From Mayamaea pseudoterrestris (taxonomy: Eukaryota): 64,000 bases of DNA. A program made the position numbers and the translations under genes. The DNA lies in the NCBI GenBank assembly GCA_027923505.1, contig BROI01000014.1, positions 62,001 to 126,000 of the forward strand, written 5' to 3'. A model generated the notes under the pieces. That model saw only the letters and a list, made by a program, of their open reading frames with translations, searched no databases and had not been told where the DNA came from. Shown in pieces: positions 33,301 through 46,000 of the stretch (positions within the stretch are counted from its first letter, which is position 1; every line of letters begins with the position of its first letter).

Positions 33301-34012
33301 GGTAAGGTGCTACTTGCCTAGGATACAGACGGTTAGACTAACGAAATTGAGCGCGTAAAACATTTGCATAAGAGCGCCATGTTTTCAACGCTTAGCCTCA
33401 TATGTATGCAAGTGCGAACTTGATTGAGCCCTTGTCTGGATTTTTTGATGAATATGTACTTTGATCAAAATTAGAGCAGTATTATAATTTGGGCGAGCAG
33501 CTATGATTAGCCTGCAACAGAATTCTTAATGGCATGCAGCAAATCTGATTTGGCAACAACTTGTGGGTAGTTTAGTGAAGCTCTAGGATGCTTTGTTAGC
33601 CGCGAACAGAATCACAGAGCTTTTCGGTAGATTGCAACAATGTTACGAGTATCATACTTGTATGATACTGCAATCGCATCAATGGGCGAGCAAGTTTGGG
33701 TAGTGTGGGCGTTTATTGTCAATGGCCACAAACTATCGAAAAAACTGTACTGACACTCCGAGGACAATGACATCTTTTCCGGTCATTTCAGCTACTCCGT
33801 GCTAGGCTTAACTAGAACTTAGTCCGCTAATAAAAATTGCATCCCTCATGACGTCAGCATGACAATTGAATGTTCCCAGACGCTCGTCGGGGAACAGAGG
33901 GACGTCAGCAAATGCCTTCGTCGCGGTCGCCTCCCAAGCAGCCAGCCTCGAAACACTTCGAGCACATCGCACCATGACGAGACGAAACGACTCAACGATT
34001 ACGACTACCAAA

Positions 34013-37000
34013 ATGTTTTGGATTTTTGTTTGGATTCCAGTCTGCTTGGGCACAATTACTATCGTTAGATCTCAGCATCTAGACTGCCTTGTCGACGGCA
34101 AGAAACTTGCAAATTCTCGATGGAGTCTTCGACTGGGAAAGTGCTTCAATGGAAGTGACGGACAATTAAACGTACAGCCGAAAAGCTTCAGCGATAATCA
34201 CGCAACATTGACTTGGACGAGCACGACAACAGGCCTGCTCATACCAAAAGGAGGAAAGCTGTCGTTCGACTTGAGCTGTGCCCCGTTTGTCGTTGACATG
34301 GTAGCACACGGGGAAGAGTCGCTTGCACACTTCAACGACGGGACGAAAGCACTTTTCAATAGCAAAGTTGCTAATGGCACGATGCTCCAAATTGTCGTAA
34401 GCAGTGACAAAATTTTGAATGCCATCGCAGTTCCAGTAGTCCGTGACCAGCGCCACCTTTTATGCCAACGCTCGAGCACCATTTCGGTGCATGACGACGC
34501 CAACAATCTTTTGGAAATGCTTATGAACCCAATTGCCGATGGACCCTTACACACTTTAAGCGACGTGCCGACCGCATCTACGTCAAAAGCTTTAGAAATG
34601 TTGCCAGTAGTGGCGCCCAAGGTAAGTTGCGCATGCATTCATTGTCGGGTGTTTTGATTGGCGTGTCTACGGTAGCTGAGCAGATATGTCGCGTACGAAT
34701 GGTTTCCAGCTATTCTTGTGTGCTACCGACTTGGACTCGACGCATTTGCCAACAGGTAGTGCATAAAGGGCATGTCATGTGTACACCTTGCGCTGGCTCT
34801 GACGAGGCATTTGATGAATTTAGAAAATACGAGTCGAGTCTCACAAATTATGCTCCCAGACGCGACAATTTAAGAGGCTTCTTACACGTTATCTTTTGTC
34901 TATTCATTTTAGACACAGGGAGCGACAATAGCCATTGAGGAATATTCACTTGAAACATCATTGCGAGAGCACAAAATCCAAATCACGATGATCTACCATG
35001 ACGATTTCGAACGGCGATTTCAGATCAAGACAAACTACATGATCGTCGCTATAGACGACAATACGGCAAGTTTCTTTGATGGCTTTCGGCTAGTCGGCTC
35101 ACTGTATATAACCGGGCCCGTAAAGCTACGACTTATCGACGCAAGAATACTTGCAGTGCGTCAAGCTTCAGCGGACACGCCCTATACAATCAATGTGAGC
35201 ATGGAAGCTAGCGGCGAGCAACAACAATATAACTACGATTTAAGTCAGTCGTCACCACTTCAATCTAAAGACCGTGCTCTGCAACAGAACTGTCCTACTT
35301 CAACAGTGACTTGTGGACCTACAGGCAAGATCATTTGTTGGAATACCCAAGGAAAGTTCACACAAATTTGTGCATGCCCTACATGCCAATACACATTCCC
35401 TACGGATCCAAGTACATACACATGTGGTTACTGTGATACCAAAACACAGAAAAACACTTGCATACTAGACCCTCCAACAAATTGTACGTCCAATTCGACA
35501 ATGCTGGTGAGACGCTTGCTTGCCAAAACATCACTCACCCACGTAACCTTCTTGTAACAAGCCTGCAGCGCTAGTCCAACGGATGTAAGAGTGTGCCAGG
35601 CTTCAAATCAAGGTCAAGGTGGCGGGTCAACTCAAACCTTTTCTAGTAGTACACTTTGCGTAGCTGACTCTTCAAGAGGAAATAATGACTATTGTGGCTA
35701 TTGTTTTGGAACAGTAACTAAAGCACCAACAAAAGCACCAACAAAGACGCCAACAAAAAGGCCAACAAAAGCTCCAACAAAAGCTCCAACAAAAGCCCCA
35801 ACAAAAGCTCCAACAAAAGTTCCCACAAAAGCTCCTACTCCAGTAGTGGCACCAGTGGCAGCACCTATTGCAGCACCCGTTAAAGCTCCAACTAAAAGCC
35901 CCACCAAGGTAGACTAAACCGTTCATTGTTCCGCCTTTCTATACTTGCAACTTCCCTTATTTGTCTAAATTTCTCCAATATATTTCCATTTTTGGCACAG
36001 GCACCAACGAAGGCACCAAGTAAAGCTCCCACTAAGGTATATCTTTTCAGATCCTTGTTGTCATGTGACTTGCTTGTGGTCTCCCTTAGTTACTTATATC
36101 ATCTCGTTCTGATTGAATGTTGCACAGGCACCCACCAAGGCACCCACCAAAGCACCCACCAAAGCACCCACTAAAGGACCTACCAAGGCACCTACCAAGG
36201 CACCCACCAAGGCACCCACCAAGGCACCCACCAAGGCACCCACCAAGGCACCCACCAAGGCACCCACCAAAGCTCCCACCAAAGCTCCCACCAAGGCTCC
36301 CACCAAGGCACCCACCAAGGCACCCACCAAGGCACCCACCAAGGTACCTACCAAAGCTCCCACCAAAGCTCCCACCAAGGCACCCACCAAGGCACCCACT
36401 AAGGCACCCACCAAGGCACCCACTAAGGCACCCACCAAAGCTCCCACTAAGGTATGTCAAGGCAGGTCATTGTTGTAGCTTGACTTGCTCTTGGCTTTTC
36501 TTTCTCACAAAAACCATCCCCCATGGATTCAATTCTTGCACAGGCACCAAGCAAGGCCCCAACTAAAGCCCCAACAAAGGTATGTCCCAGCAAGATATTG
36601 TTGCAGCTTGACTTGTGCTTCACATCATCTGCTCACTTTTCTCACCACCTGTTTATTCCATGTTGCACAGGCACCAACTAAAGTGCCCACTAAGACACCT
36701 ACTAAGGTTCCAACAAAGGTACGCCCCAGCAGCACATTGTTGCAGGTTGACTTTTGCATTGCATCACTTGCTCACTTGTATCACCTGTTATTGATTGCTA
36801 TGTTGCACAGGCACCAACAAAGGCACCAACAAAGGCACCCACCAAGGCACCCACCAAGGCACCCACCAAGGCACCTACCAAGGCACCCACTAAGGCACCC
36901 ACCAAAGCTCCCACTAAGGTATGTCAAGGCAGGTCATTGTTGTAGCTTGACTTGCTCTTGGCTTTTCTTTCTCACAAAAACCATCCCCCATGGATTCAAT

Positions 37001-40000
37001 TCTTGCACAGGCACCAAGCAAGGCCCCAACTAAAGCCCCAACAAAGGTATGTCACAGCAAGATATTGTTGCAGCTTGACTTGTGCTTCACATCATCTGCT
37101 CACTTTTCTCACCACCTGTTTATTCCATGTTGCACAGGCACCAACTAAAGTGCCCACTAAGACACCTACTAAGGTTCCAACAAAGGTACGCCCCAGCAGC
37201 ACATTGTCGCAGGTTGACTTTTGCATTGCATCACTTGCTCACTTGTATCACCTGTTATTGATTGCTATGTTGCACAGGCACCAACAAAGGCACCCACCAA
37301 GGCACCCACCAAGGCACCCACTAAGGCACCCACCAAAGCTCCCACTAAGGTATGTCAAGGCAGGTCATTGTTGTAGCTTGACTTGCTCTTGGCTTTTCTT
37401 TCTCACAAAAACCATCCCCCATGGATTCAATTCTTGCACAGGCACCAAGCAAGGCCCCAACTAAAGCCCCAACAAAGGTGTGTCCCAGCAAGATATTGTT
37501 GCAGCTTGACTTGTGCTTCACATCATCTGCTCACTTTTCTCACCACCTGTTTATTCCATGTTGCACAGGCACCAACTAAAGTGCCCACTAAGACACCTAC
37601 TAAGGTTCCAACAAACGTACGCCCCAGCAGCACATTGTCGCAGGTTGACTTTTGCATTGCATCACTTGCTCACTTGTATCACCTGTTATTGATTCCTATG
37701 TTGCACAGGCACCAACAAAGGCACCCACCAAGGCACCCACCAAGGCACCCACTAAGGCACCCATCAAAGCTCCCACTAAGGTATGTCAAGGCAGGTCATT
37801 GTTGTAGCTTGACTTGCTCTTGGCTTTTCTTTCTCACAAAAACCATCCCCCATGGATTCAATTCTTGCACAGGCACCAAGCAAGGCCCCAACTAAAGCCC
37901 CAACAAAGGTATGTCACAGCAAGATATTGTTGCAGCTTGACTTGTGCTTCACATCATCTGCTCACTTTTCTCACCACCTGTTTATTCCATGTTGCACAGG
38001 CACCAACTAAAGCACCCACTAAAAGTCCAACTAAGGTACGCCCCTGCACCACCTTCTTTGCAGCTTGACTTGTGCTTCACATCATCTGCTCACTTTTCTC
38101 ACCACCTTTTTATTTCATGTTGCACAGACACCAACTAAAGTGCCTACTAAGACACCTACTAAGGTTCCAACAAAGGTACACCCAGCATCACATAGTTGCA
38201 GGTTGACTTTTGCATTGCATCACTTGCTCACTTGTATCATCTCTTATTGGTTCAATGTTGCACAGACACCTACCAAGGCACCCACCAAGGCACCTACCAA
38301 GGCACCCACCAAGGCACCCACCAAAGCTCCCACCAAGGCACCTACCAAGGCACCCACCAAGGCACCTACCAAGGCACCCACCAAGGCACCCACCAAAGCT
38401 CCCACTAAGGTATGTCAAGGCAGGTCATTGTTGTAACTTGACTTGCTCTTGGCTTTTCTTTCTCACAAAAACCATCCCCCATGGATTCAATTCTTGCACA
38501 GGCACCAAGCAAGGCCCCAACTAAAGCCCCAACAAAAGTATGTCCCAGCAAGATATTGTTGCAGCTTGACTTGCGCTTCACATCACTTGCTTACTTGTAT
38601 CATTCCCATTAATTTTGTGTTGCACAGGCACCAACTAAAGTTCCCACTATGATGCCCACCAAAGCTCCAACTAAGGTATGACACAGTTCACACATTGTTG
38701 CAGCTTGACTTTTGCTTCACGTCATCTGCTTACTTGTATCACTCGTGTTGCGCAGGCACCAAGCAAGTCACCCACCAAAGCTCCCACAATGGTATGCCCA
38801 GCTGCGCATTGTTTCAACTTGTCTTGCTCTTTTCCTCTTTTTCTCACATGTAAAATATTTACCTCATTTTGATTTTCCAGTCACCAACACGAAGGCCAAG
38901 CAGAACTCCTAGCCAGACACCAAGCAGGATGCCTTCACGCACTCCAAGCAGGACACCAAGCAGGACACCTTCGCGCACCCCTAGTAGAAGTCCAAGCCGT
39001 ACACCTTCCCGCACGCCAAGCAGAAGTCCAAGCACAACTCCTAGTCGTACACCTTCACGCACTCCGAGCAGAACACCAAGCAAGACTCCAAGCAGGACTC
39101 CTAGCCGTGCACCAAGCAGAACACCATCTAGCACTCCAAGCAGAACACCAAGCAGGACTCCAAGCCAAAGGCCAAGCAGGTCCCCCAGTCGCACACCTTC
39201 ACGCACTCCAAGCAGGATGCCAAGCAGAACGCCAAGCAGGAATCCAAGCAGGACTCCCAGCCAAACACCATCACGCACTCCAAGCAGATCTCCTAGCCAT
39301 ACACCAAGCAGGACACCCTCACGTACTCCAAGCATGACTCCAAGTAAAGCACCTTCACGTACCCCTAGTAGAACCCCGAGCCACACACCTTCACGCAATC
39401 CGAGCCAAACTCCAAGCAGGACTCCCAGCCTTACACCTTCAGGCACTCCAAGCACAACACCAAGCATCGCACCAAGCAAGACTCCCAGCCATATACCTTC
39501 ACGCACTCCAAGCAGAACACCAAGTCGGAGTCCTAGCCAAACACCAAGCAGGACACCTTCACATGCTCCAAGCGAGATGCCAAGCAGGACTCCCTCACAC
39601 CTCCCAAGCTATATACCTAGTAGGACTCCAAGCCGCACGCCAAGCAGGTCTCCTAGCCAAAAACCTTCACACCCTTCAAGTATACAACAAAGTAGTGCTC
39701 CAAGCCATTCACCTACAAATACTCCAAGCAGCACTCCTAGCCGCATACCAAGCAGGACACCTTCCCACAATCCTAGCAGGCAACCTTCCCCAACTCCAAG
39801 CATAACACCAAGCTTGTCCCCCTCTGTGACTCCCAGTTTGACTCCCAGCACTCACCCCAGCAGCTTGCCATCAAGTGATCCAAGTGATCTAAGTGCCAAG
39901 CCTAGTGAATCACCTAGCGCTGGACCTAGTCTCCTTCCCAGTGCCACACCAAGCTTGTCCCCCTCTGTGACTCCCAGTTTGACTCCCAGCACTCACCCCA

Positions 40001-43000
40001 GCAGCTTGCCATCAAATGTGCCATCAAGTGATCCAAGTGCCAAGCCTAGTGAATCACCTAGCGCTGGACCTAGTCTCCTTCCCAGTGCCACACCAAGCTT
40101 GTCCCCCTCTGTGACTCCCAGTTTGACTCCCAGCACTCACCCCAGCAGCTTGCCATCAAATGTGCCATCAAGTGATCCAAGTGCCAAGCCTAGTGAATCA
40201 CCTAGCGCTGGACCTAGTCTCCTTCCCAGTGCCACACCAAGCTTGTCCCCCTCTGTGACTCCCAGTTTGACTCCCAGCACTCACCCCAGCAGCTTGCCAT
40301 CAAATGTGCCATCAAGTGATCCAAGTGCCAAGCCTAGTGAATCACCTAGCGCTGGACCTAGTCTCCTTCCCAGTGCCACACCAAGCTTGTCCCCCTCTGT
40401 GACTCCCAGTTTGACTCCCAGCACTCACCCCAGCAGCTTGCCATCAAATGTGCCATCAAGTGATCCAAGTGCCAAGCCTAGTGAATCACCTAGCGCTGGA
40501 CCTAGTCTCCTTCCCAGTGCCACACCAAGCTTGTCCCCCTCTGTGACTCCCAGTTTGACTCCCAGCACTCACCCCAGCAGCTTGCCATCAAATGTGCCAT
40601 CAAGTGATCCAAGTGCCAAGCCTAGTGAATCACCTAGCGCTGGACCTAGTCTCCTTCCCAGTGCCACACCAAGCTTGTCCCCCTCTGTGACTCCCAGTTT
40701 GACTCCCAGCAGTTCCCCCAGCAGCTTGCCATCAAATGTGCCATCAAGTGATCCAAGTGCCAAGCCTAGTGAATCACCTAGCGCTGGACCTAGTCTCCTT
40801 CCCAGTGCCACACCAAGCTTGTCCCCCTCTGTGACTCCCAGTTTGACTCCCAGCACTCACCCCAGCAGCTTGCCATCAAATGTGCCATCAAGTGATCCAA
40901 GTGCCAAGCCTAGTGAATCACCTAGCGCTGGACCTAGTCTCCTTCCCAGTGCCACACCAAGCTTGTCCCCCTCTGTGACTCCCAGTTTGACTCCCAGCAC
41001 TCACCCCAGCAGCTTGCCATCAAATGTGCCATCAAGTGATCCAAGTGCCAAGCCTAGTGAATCACCTAGCGCTGGACCTAGTCTCCTTCCCAGTGCCACA
41101 CCAAGCTTGTCCCCCTCTGTGACTCCCAGTTTGACTCCCAGCACTCACCCCAGCAGCTTGCCATCAAATGTGCCATCAAGTGATCCAAGTGCCAAGCCTA
41201 GTGAATCACCTAGCGCTGGACCTAGTCTCCTTCCCAGTGCCACACCAAGCTTGTCCCCCTCTGTGACTCCCAGTTTGACTCCCAGCACTCACCCCAGCAG
41301 CTTGCCATCAAATGTGCCATCAAGTGATCCAAGTGCCAAGCCTAGTGAATCACCTAGCGCTGGACCTAGTCTCCTTCCCAGTGCCACACCAAGCTTGTCC
41401 CCCTCTGTGACTCCCAGTTTGACTCCCAGCACTCACCCCAGCAGCTTGCCATCAAATGTGCCATCAAGTGATCCAAGTGCCAAGCCTAGTGAATCACCTA
41501 GCGCTGGACCTAGTCTCCTTCCCAGTGCCACACCAAGCTTGTCCCCCTCTGTGACTCCCAGTTTGACTCCCAGCACTCACCCCAGCAGCTTGCCATCAAA
41601 TGTGCCATCAAGTGATCCAAGTGCCAAGCCTAGTGAATCACCTAGCGCTGGACCTAGTCTCCTTCCCAGTGCCACACCAAGCTTGTCCCCCTCTGTGACT
41701 CCCAGTTTGACTCCCAGCACTCACCCCAGCAGCTTGTCTGTCCTCCAAGTGCCTGCTGTTTGTCCCAGCACTCACCCCAGCAGCTTGCCATCAAATGTGC
41801 CATCAAGTGATCCAAGTGCCAAGCCTAGTGAATCACCTAGCGCTGGACCTAGTCTCCTTCCCAGTGCCACACCAAGCTTGTCCCCCTCTGTGACTCCCAG
41901 TTTGACTCCCAGCACTCACCCCAGCAGCTTGCCATCAAATGTGCCATCAAGTGGTCCAAGTGCCAAGCCTAGTGAATCACCTAGCGCTGGACCTAGTCTC
42001 CTTCCCAGTGCCACACCAAGCTTGTCCCCCTCTGTGACTCCCAGTTTGACTCCCAGCACTCACCCCAGCAGCTTGCCATCAAATGTGCCATCAAGTGATC
42101 CAAGTGCCAAGCCTAGTGAATCACCTAGCGCTGGACCTAGTCTCCTTCCCAGTGCCACACCAAGCTTGTCCCCCTCTGTGACTCCCAGTTTGACTCCCAG
42201 CACTCACCCCAGCAGCTTGCCATCAAATGTGCCATCAAGTGATCCAAGTGCCAAGCCTAGTGAATCACCTAGCGCTGGACCTAGTCTCCTTCCCAGTGCC
42301 ACACCAAGCTTGTCCCCCTCTGTGACTCCCAGTTTGACTCCCAGCACTCACCCCAGCAGCTTGCCATCAAATGTGCCATCAAGTGATCCAAGTGCCAAGC
42401 CTAGTGAATCACCTAGCGCTGGACCTAGTCTCCTTCCCAGTGCCACACCAAGCTTGTCCCCCTCTGTGACTCCCAGTTTGACTCCCAGCACTCACCCCAG
42501 CAGCTTGCCATCAAATGTGCCATCAAGTGATCCAAGTGCCAAGCCTAGTGAATCACCTAGCGCTGGACCTAGTCTCCTTCCCAGTGCCACACCAAGCTTG
42601 TCCCCCTCTGTGACTCCCAGTTTGACTCCCAGCACTCACCCCAGCAGCTTGCCATCAAATGTGCCATCAAGTGATCCAAGTGCCAAGCCTAGTGAATCAC
42701 CTAGCGCTGGACCTAGTCTCCTTCCCAGTGCCACACCAAGCTTGTCCCCCTCTGTGACTCCCAGTTTGACTCCCAGCACTCACCCCAGCAGCTTGCCATC
42801 AAATGTGCCATCAAGTGATCCAAGTGCCAAGCCTAGTGAATCACCTAGCGCTGGACCTAGTCTCCTTCCCAGTGCCACACCAAGCTTGTCCCCCTCTGTG
42901 ACTCCCAGCACTCACCCCAGCAGCTTGCCATCAAATGTGCCATCAAGTGATCCAAGTGCCAAGCCTAGTGAATCACCTAGCGCTGGACCTAGTCTCCTTC

Positions 43001-46000
43001 CCAGTGCCACACCAAGCTTGTCCCCCTCTGTGACTCCCAGTTTGACTCCCAGCACTCACCCCAGCAGCTTGCCATCAAATGTGCCATCAAGTGATCCAAG
43101 TGCCAAGCCTAGTGAATCACCTAGCGCTGGACCTAGTCTCCTTCCCAGTGCCACACCAAGCTTGTCCCCCTCTGTGACTCCCAGTTTGACTCCCAGCACT
43201 CACCCCAGCAGCTTGCCATCAAATGTGCCATCAAGTGATCCAAGTGCCAAGCCTAGTGAATCACCTAGCGCTGGACCTAGTCTCCTTCCCAGTGCCACAC
43301 CAAGCTTGTCCCCCTCTGTGACTCCCAGTTTGACTCCCAGCACTCACCCCAGCAGCTTGCCATCAAATGTGCCATCAAGTGATCCAAGTGCCAAGCCTAG
43401 TGAATCACCTAGCGCTGGACCTAGTCTCCTTCCCAGTGCCACACCAAGCTTGCCCCCCTCTGTGACTCCCAGTTTGACTCCCAGCACTCACCCCAGCAGC
43501 TTGCCATCAAATGTGCCATCAAGTGATCCAAGTGCCAAGCCTAGTGAATCACCTAGCGCTGGACCTAGTCTCCTTCCCAGTGCCACACCAAGCTTGTCCC
43601 CCTCTGTGACTCCCAGTTTGACTCCCAGCACTCACCCCAGCAGCTTGCCATCAAATGTGCCATCAAGTGATCCAAGTGCCAAGCCTAGTGAATCACCTAG
43701 CGCTGGACCTAGTCTCCTTCCCAGTGCCACACCAAGCTTGTCCCCCTCTGTGACTCCCAGTTTGACTCCCAGCACTCACCCCAGCAGCTTGCCATCAAAT
43801 GTGCCATCAAGTGATCCAAGTGCCAAGCCTAGTGAATCACCTAGCGCTGGACCTAGTCTCCTTCCCAGTGCCACACCAAGCTTGTCCCCCTCTGTGACTC
43901 CCAGTTTGACTCCCAGCACTCACCCCAGCAGCTTGCCATCAAATGTGCCATCAAGTGATCCAAGTGCCAAGCCTAGTGAATCACCTAGCGCTGGACCTAG
44001 TCTCCTTCCCAGTGCCACACCAAGCTTGTCCCCCTCTGTGACTCCCAGTTTGACTCCCAGCACTCACCCCAGCAGCTTGCCATCAAATGTGCCATCAAGT
44101 GATCCAAGTGCCAAGCCTAGTGCATCACCTAGCGCTGGACCTAGTCTCCTTCCCAGTGCCACACCAAGCTTGTCCCCCTCTGTGACTCCCAGTTTGACTC
44201 CCAGCACTCACCCCAGCAGCTTGCCATCAAATGTGCCATCAAGTGATCCAAGTGCCAAGCCTAGTGAATCACCTAGCGCTGGACCTAGTCTCCTTCCCAG
44301 TGCCACACCAAGCTTGTCCCCCTCTGTGACTCCCAGTTTGACTCCCAGCACTCACCCCAGCAGCTTGCCATCAAATGTGCCATCAAGTGATCCAAGTGCC
44401 AAGCCTAGTGCATCACCTAGCGCTGGACCTAGTCTCCTTCCCAGTGCCACACCAAGCTTGTCCCCCTCTGTGACTCCCAGTTTGACTCCCAGCACTCACC
44501 CCAGCAGCTTGCCATCAAATGTGCCATCAAGTGATCCAAGTGCCAAGCCTAGTGAATCACCTAGCGCTGGACCTAGTCTCCTTCCCAGTGCCACACCAAG
44601 CTTGTCCCCCTCTGTGACTCCCAGTTTGACTCCCAGCACTCACCCCAGCAGCTTGCCATCAAATGTGCCATCAAGTGATCCAAGTGCCAAGCCTAGTGAA
44701 TCACCTAGCGCTGGACCTAGTCTCCTTCCCAGTGCCACACCAAGCTTGTCCCCCTCTGTGACTCCCAGTTTGACTCCCAGCACTCACCCCAGCAGCTTGC
44801 CATCAAATGTGCCATCAAGTGATCCAAGTGCCAAGCCTAGTGAATCACCTAGCGCTGGACCTAGTCTCCTTCCCAGTGCCACACCAAGCTTGTCCCCCTC
44901 TGTGACTCCCAGTTTGACTCCCAGCACTCACCCCAGCAGCTTGCCATCAAATGTGCCATCAAGTGATCCAAGTGCCAAGCCTAGTGAATCACCTAGCGCT
45001 GGACCTAGTCTCCTTCCCAGTGCCACACCAAGCTTGTCCCCCTCTGTGACTCCCAGTTTGACTCCCAGCACTCACCCCAGCAGCTTGCCATCAAATGTGC
45101 CATCAAGTGATCCAAGTGCCAAGCCTAGTGAATCACCTAGCGCTGGACCTAGTCTCCTTCCCAGTGCCACACCAAGCTTGTCCCCCTCTGTGACTCCCAG
45201 TTTGACTCCCAGCACTCACCCCAGCAGCTTGCCATCAAATGTGCCATCAAGTGATCCAAGTGCCAAGCCTAGTGAATCACCTAGCGCTGGACCTAGTCTC
45301 CTTCCCAGTGCCACACCAAGCTTGTCCCCCTCTGTGACTCCCAGTTTGACTCCCAGCACTCACCCCAGCAGCTTGCCATCAAATGTGCCATCAAGTGATC
45401 CAAGTGCCAAGCCTAGTGAATCACCTAGCGCTGGACCTAAGTCTCCTTCCCAGTGCCACACCAAGCTTGTCCCCCTCTGTGACTCCCAGTTTGACTCCCA
45501 GCACTCACCCCAGCAGCTTGCCATCAAATGTGCCATCAAGTGATCCAAGTGCCAAGCCTAGTGAATCACCTAGCGCTGGACCTAGTCTCCTTCCCAGTGC
45601 CACACCAAGCTTGTCCCCCTCTGTGATCTCCAGTTTGCCTCCCAGCACTCACCCCAGCAGCTTGCCATCAAATGTGCCATCAAGTGATCCAAGTGCCAAG
45701 CCTAGTGAATCACCTAGCGCTGGACCTAGTCTCCTTCCCAGTGCCACACCAAGCTTGTCCCCCTCTGTGACTCCCAGTTTGACTCCCAGCACTCACCCCA
45801 GCAGCTTGCCATCAAATGTGCCATCAAGTGATCCAAGTGCCAAGCCTAGTGAATCACCTAGCGCTGGACCTAGTCTCCTTCCCAGTGCCACACCAAGCTT
45901 GTCCCCCTCTGTGACTCCCAGTTTGACTCCCAGCACTCACCCCAGCAGCTTGCCATCAAATGTGCCATCAAGTGATCCAAGTGCCAAGCCTAGTGCATCA

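Noticed and set aside
30310..33950. Scattered short ORFs
   Set aside because: No recognisable domains or consistent exon chain.
36117..38652. ORFs encoding (HPPR)n, (GALV)n or (GGCL)n
   Set aside because: Alternative-frame or antisense shadows of the 12-bp APTK repeat; splice sites define the APTK frame.
35909..38880. CRISPR-like repeat/spacer appearance
   Set aside because: The spacers are homologous GT-AG introns and the repeats are coding exons; eukaryotic context and no cas genes.
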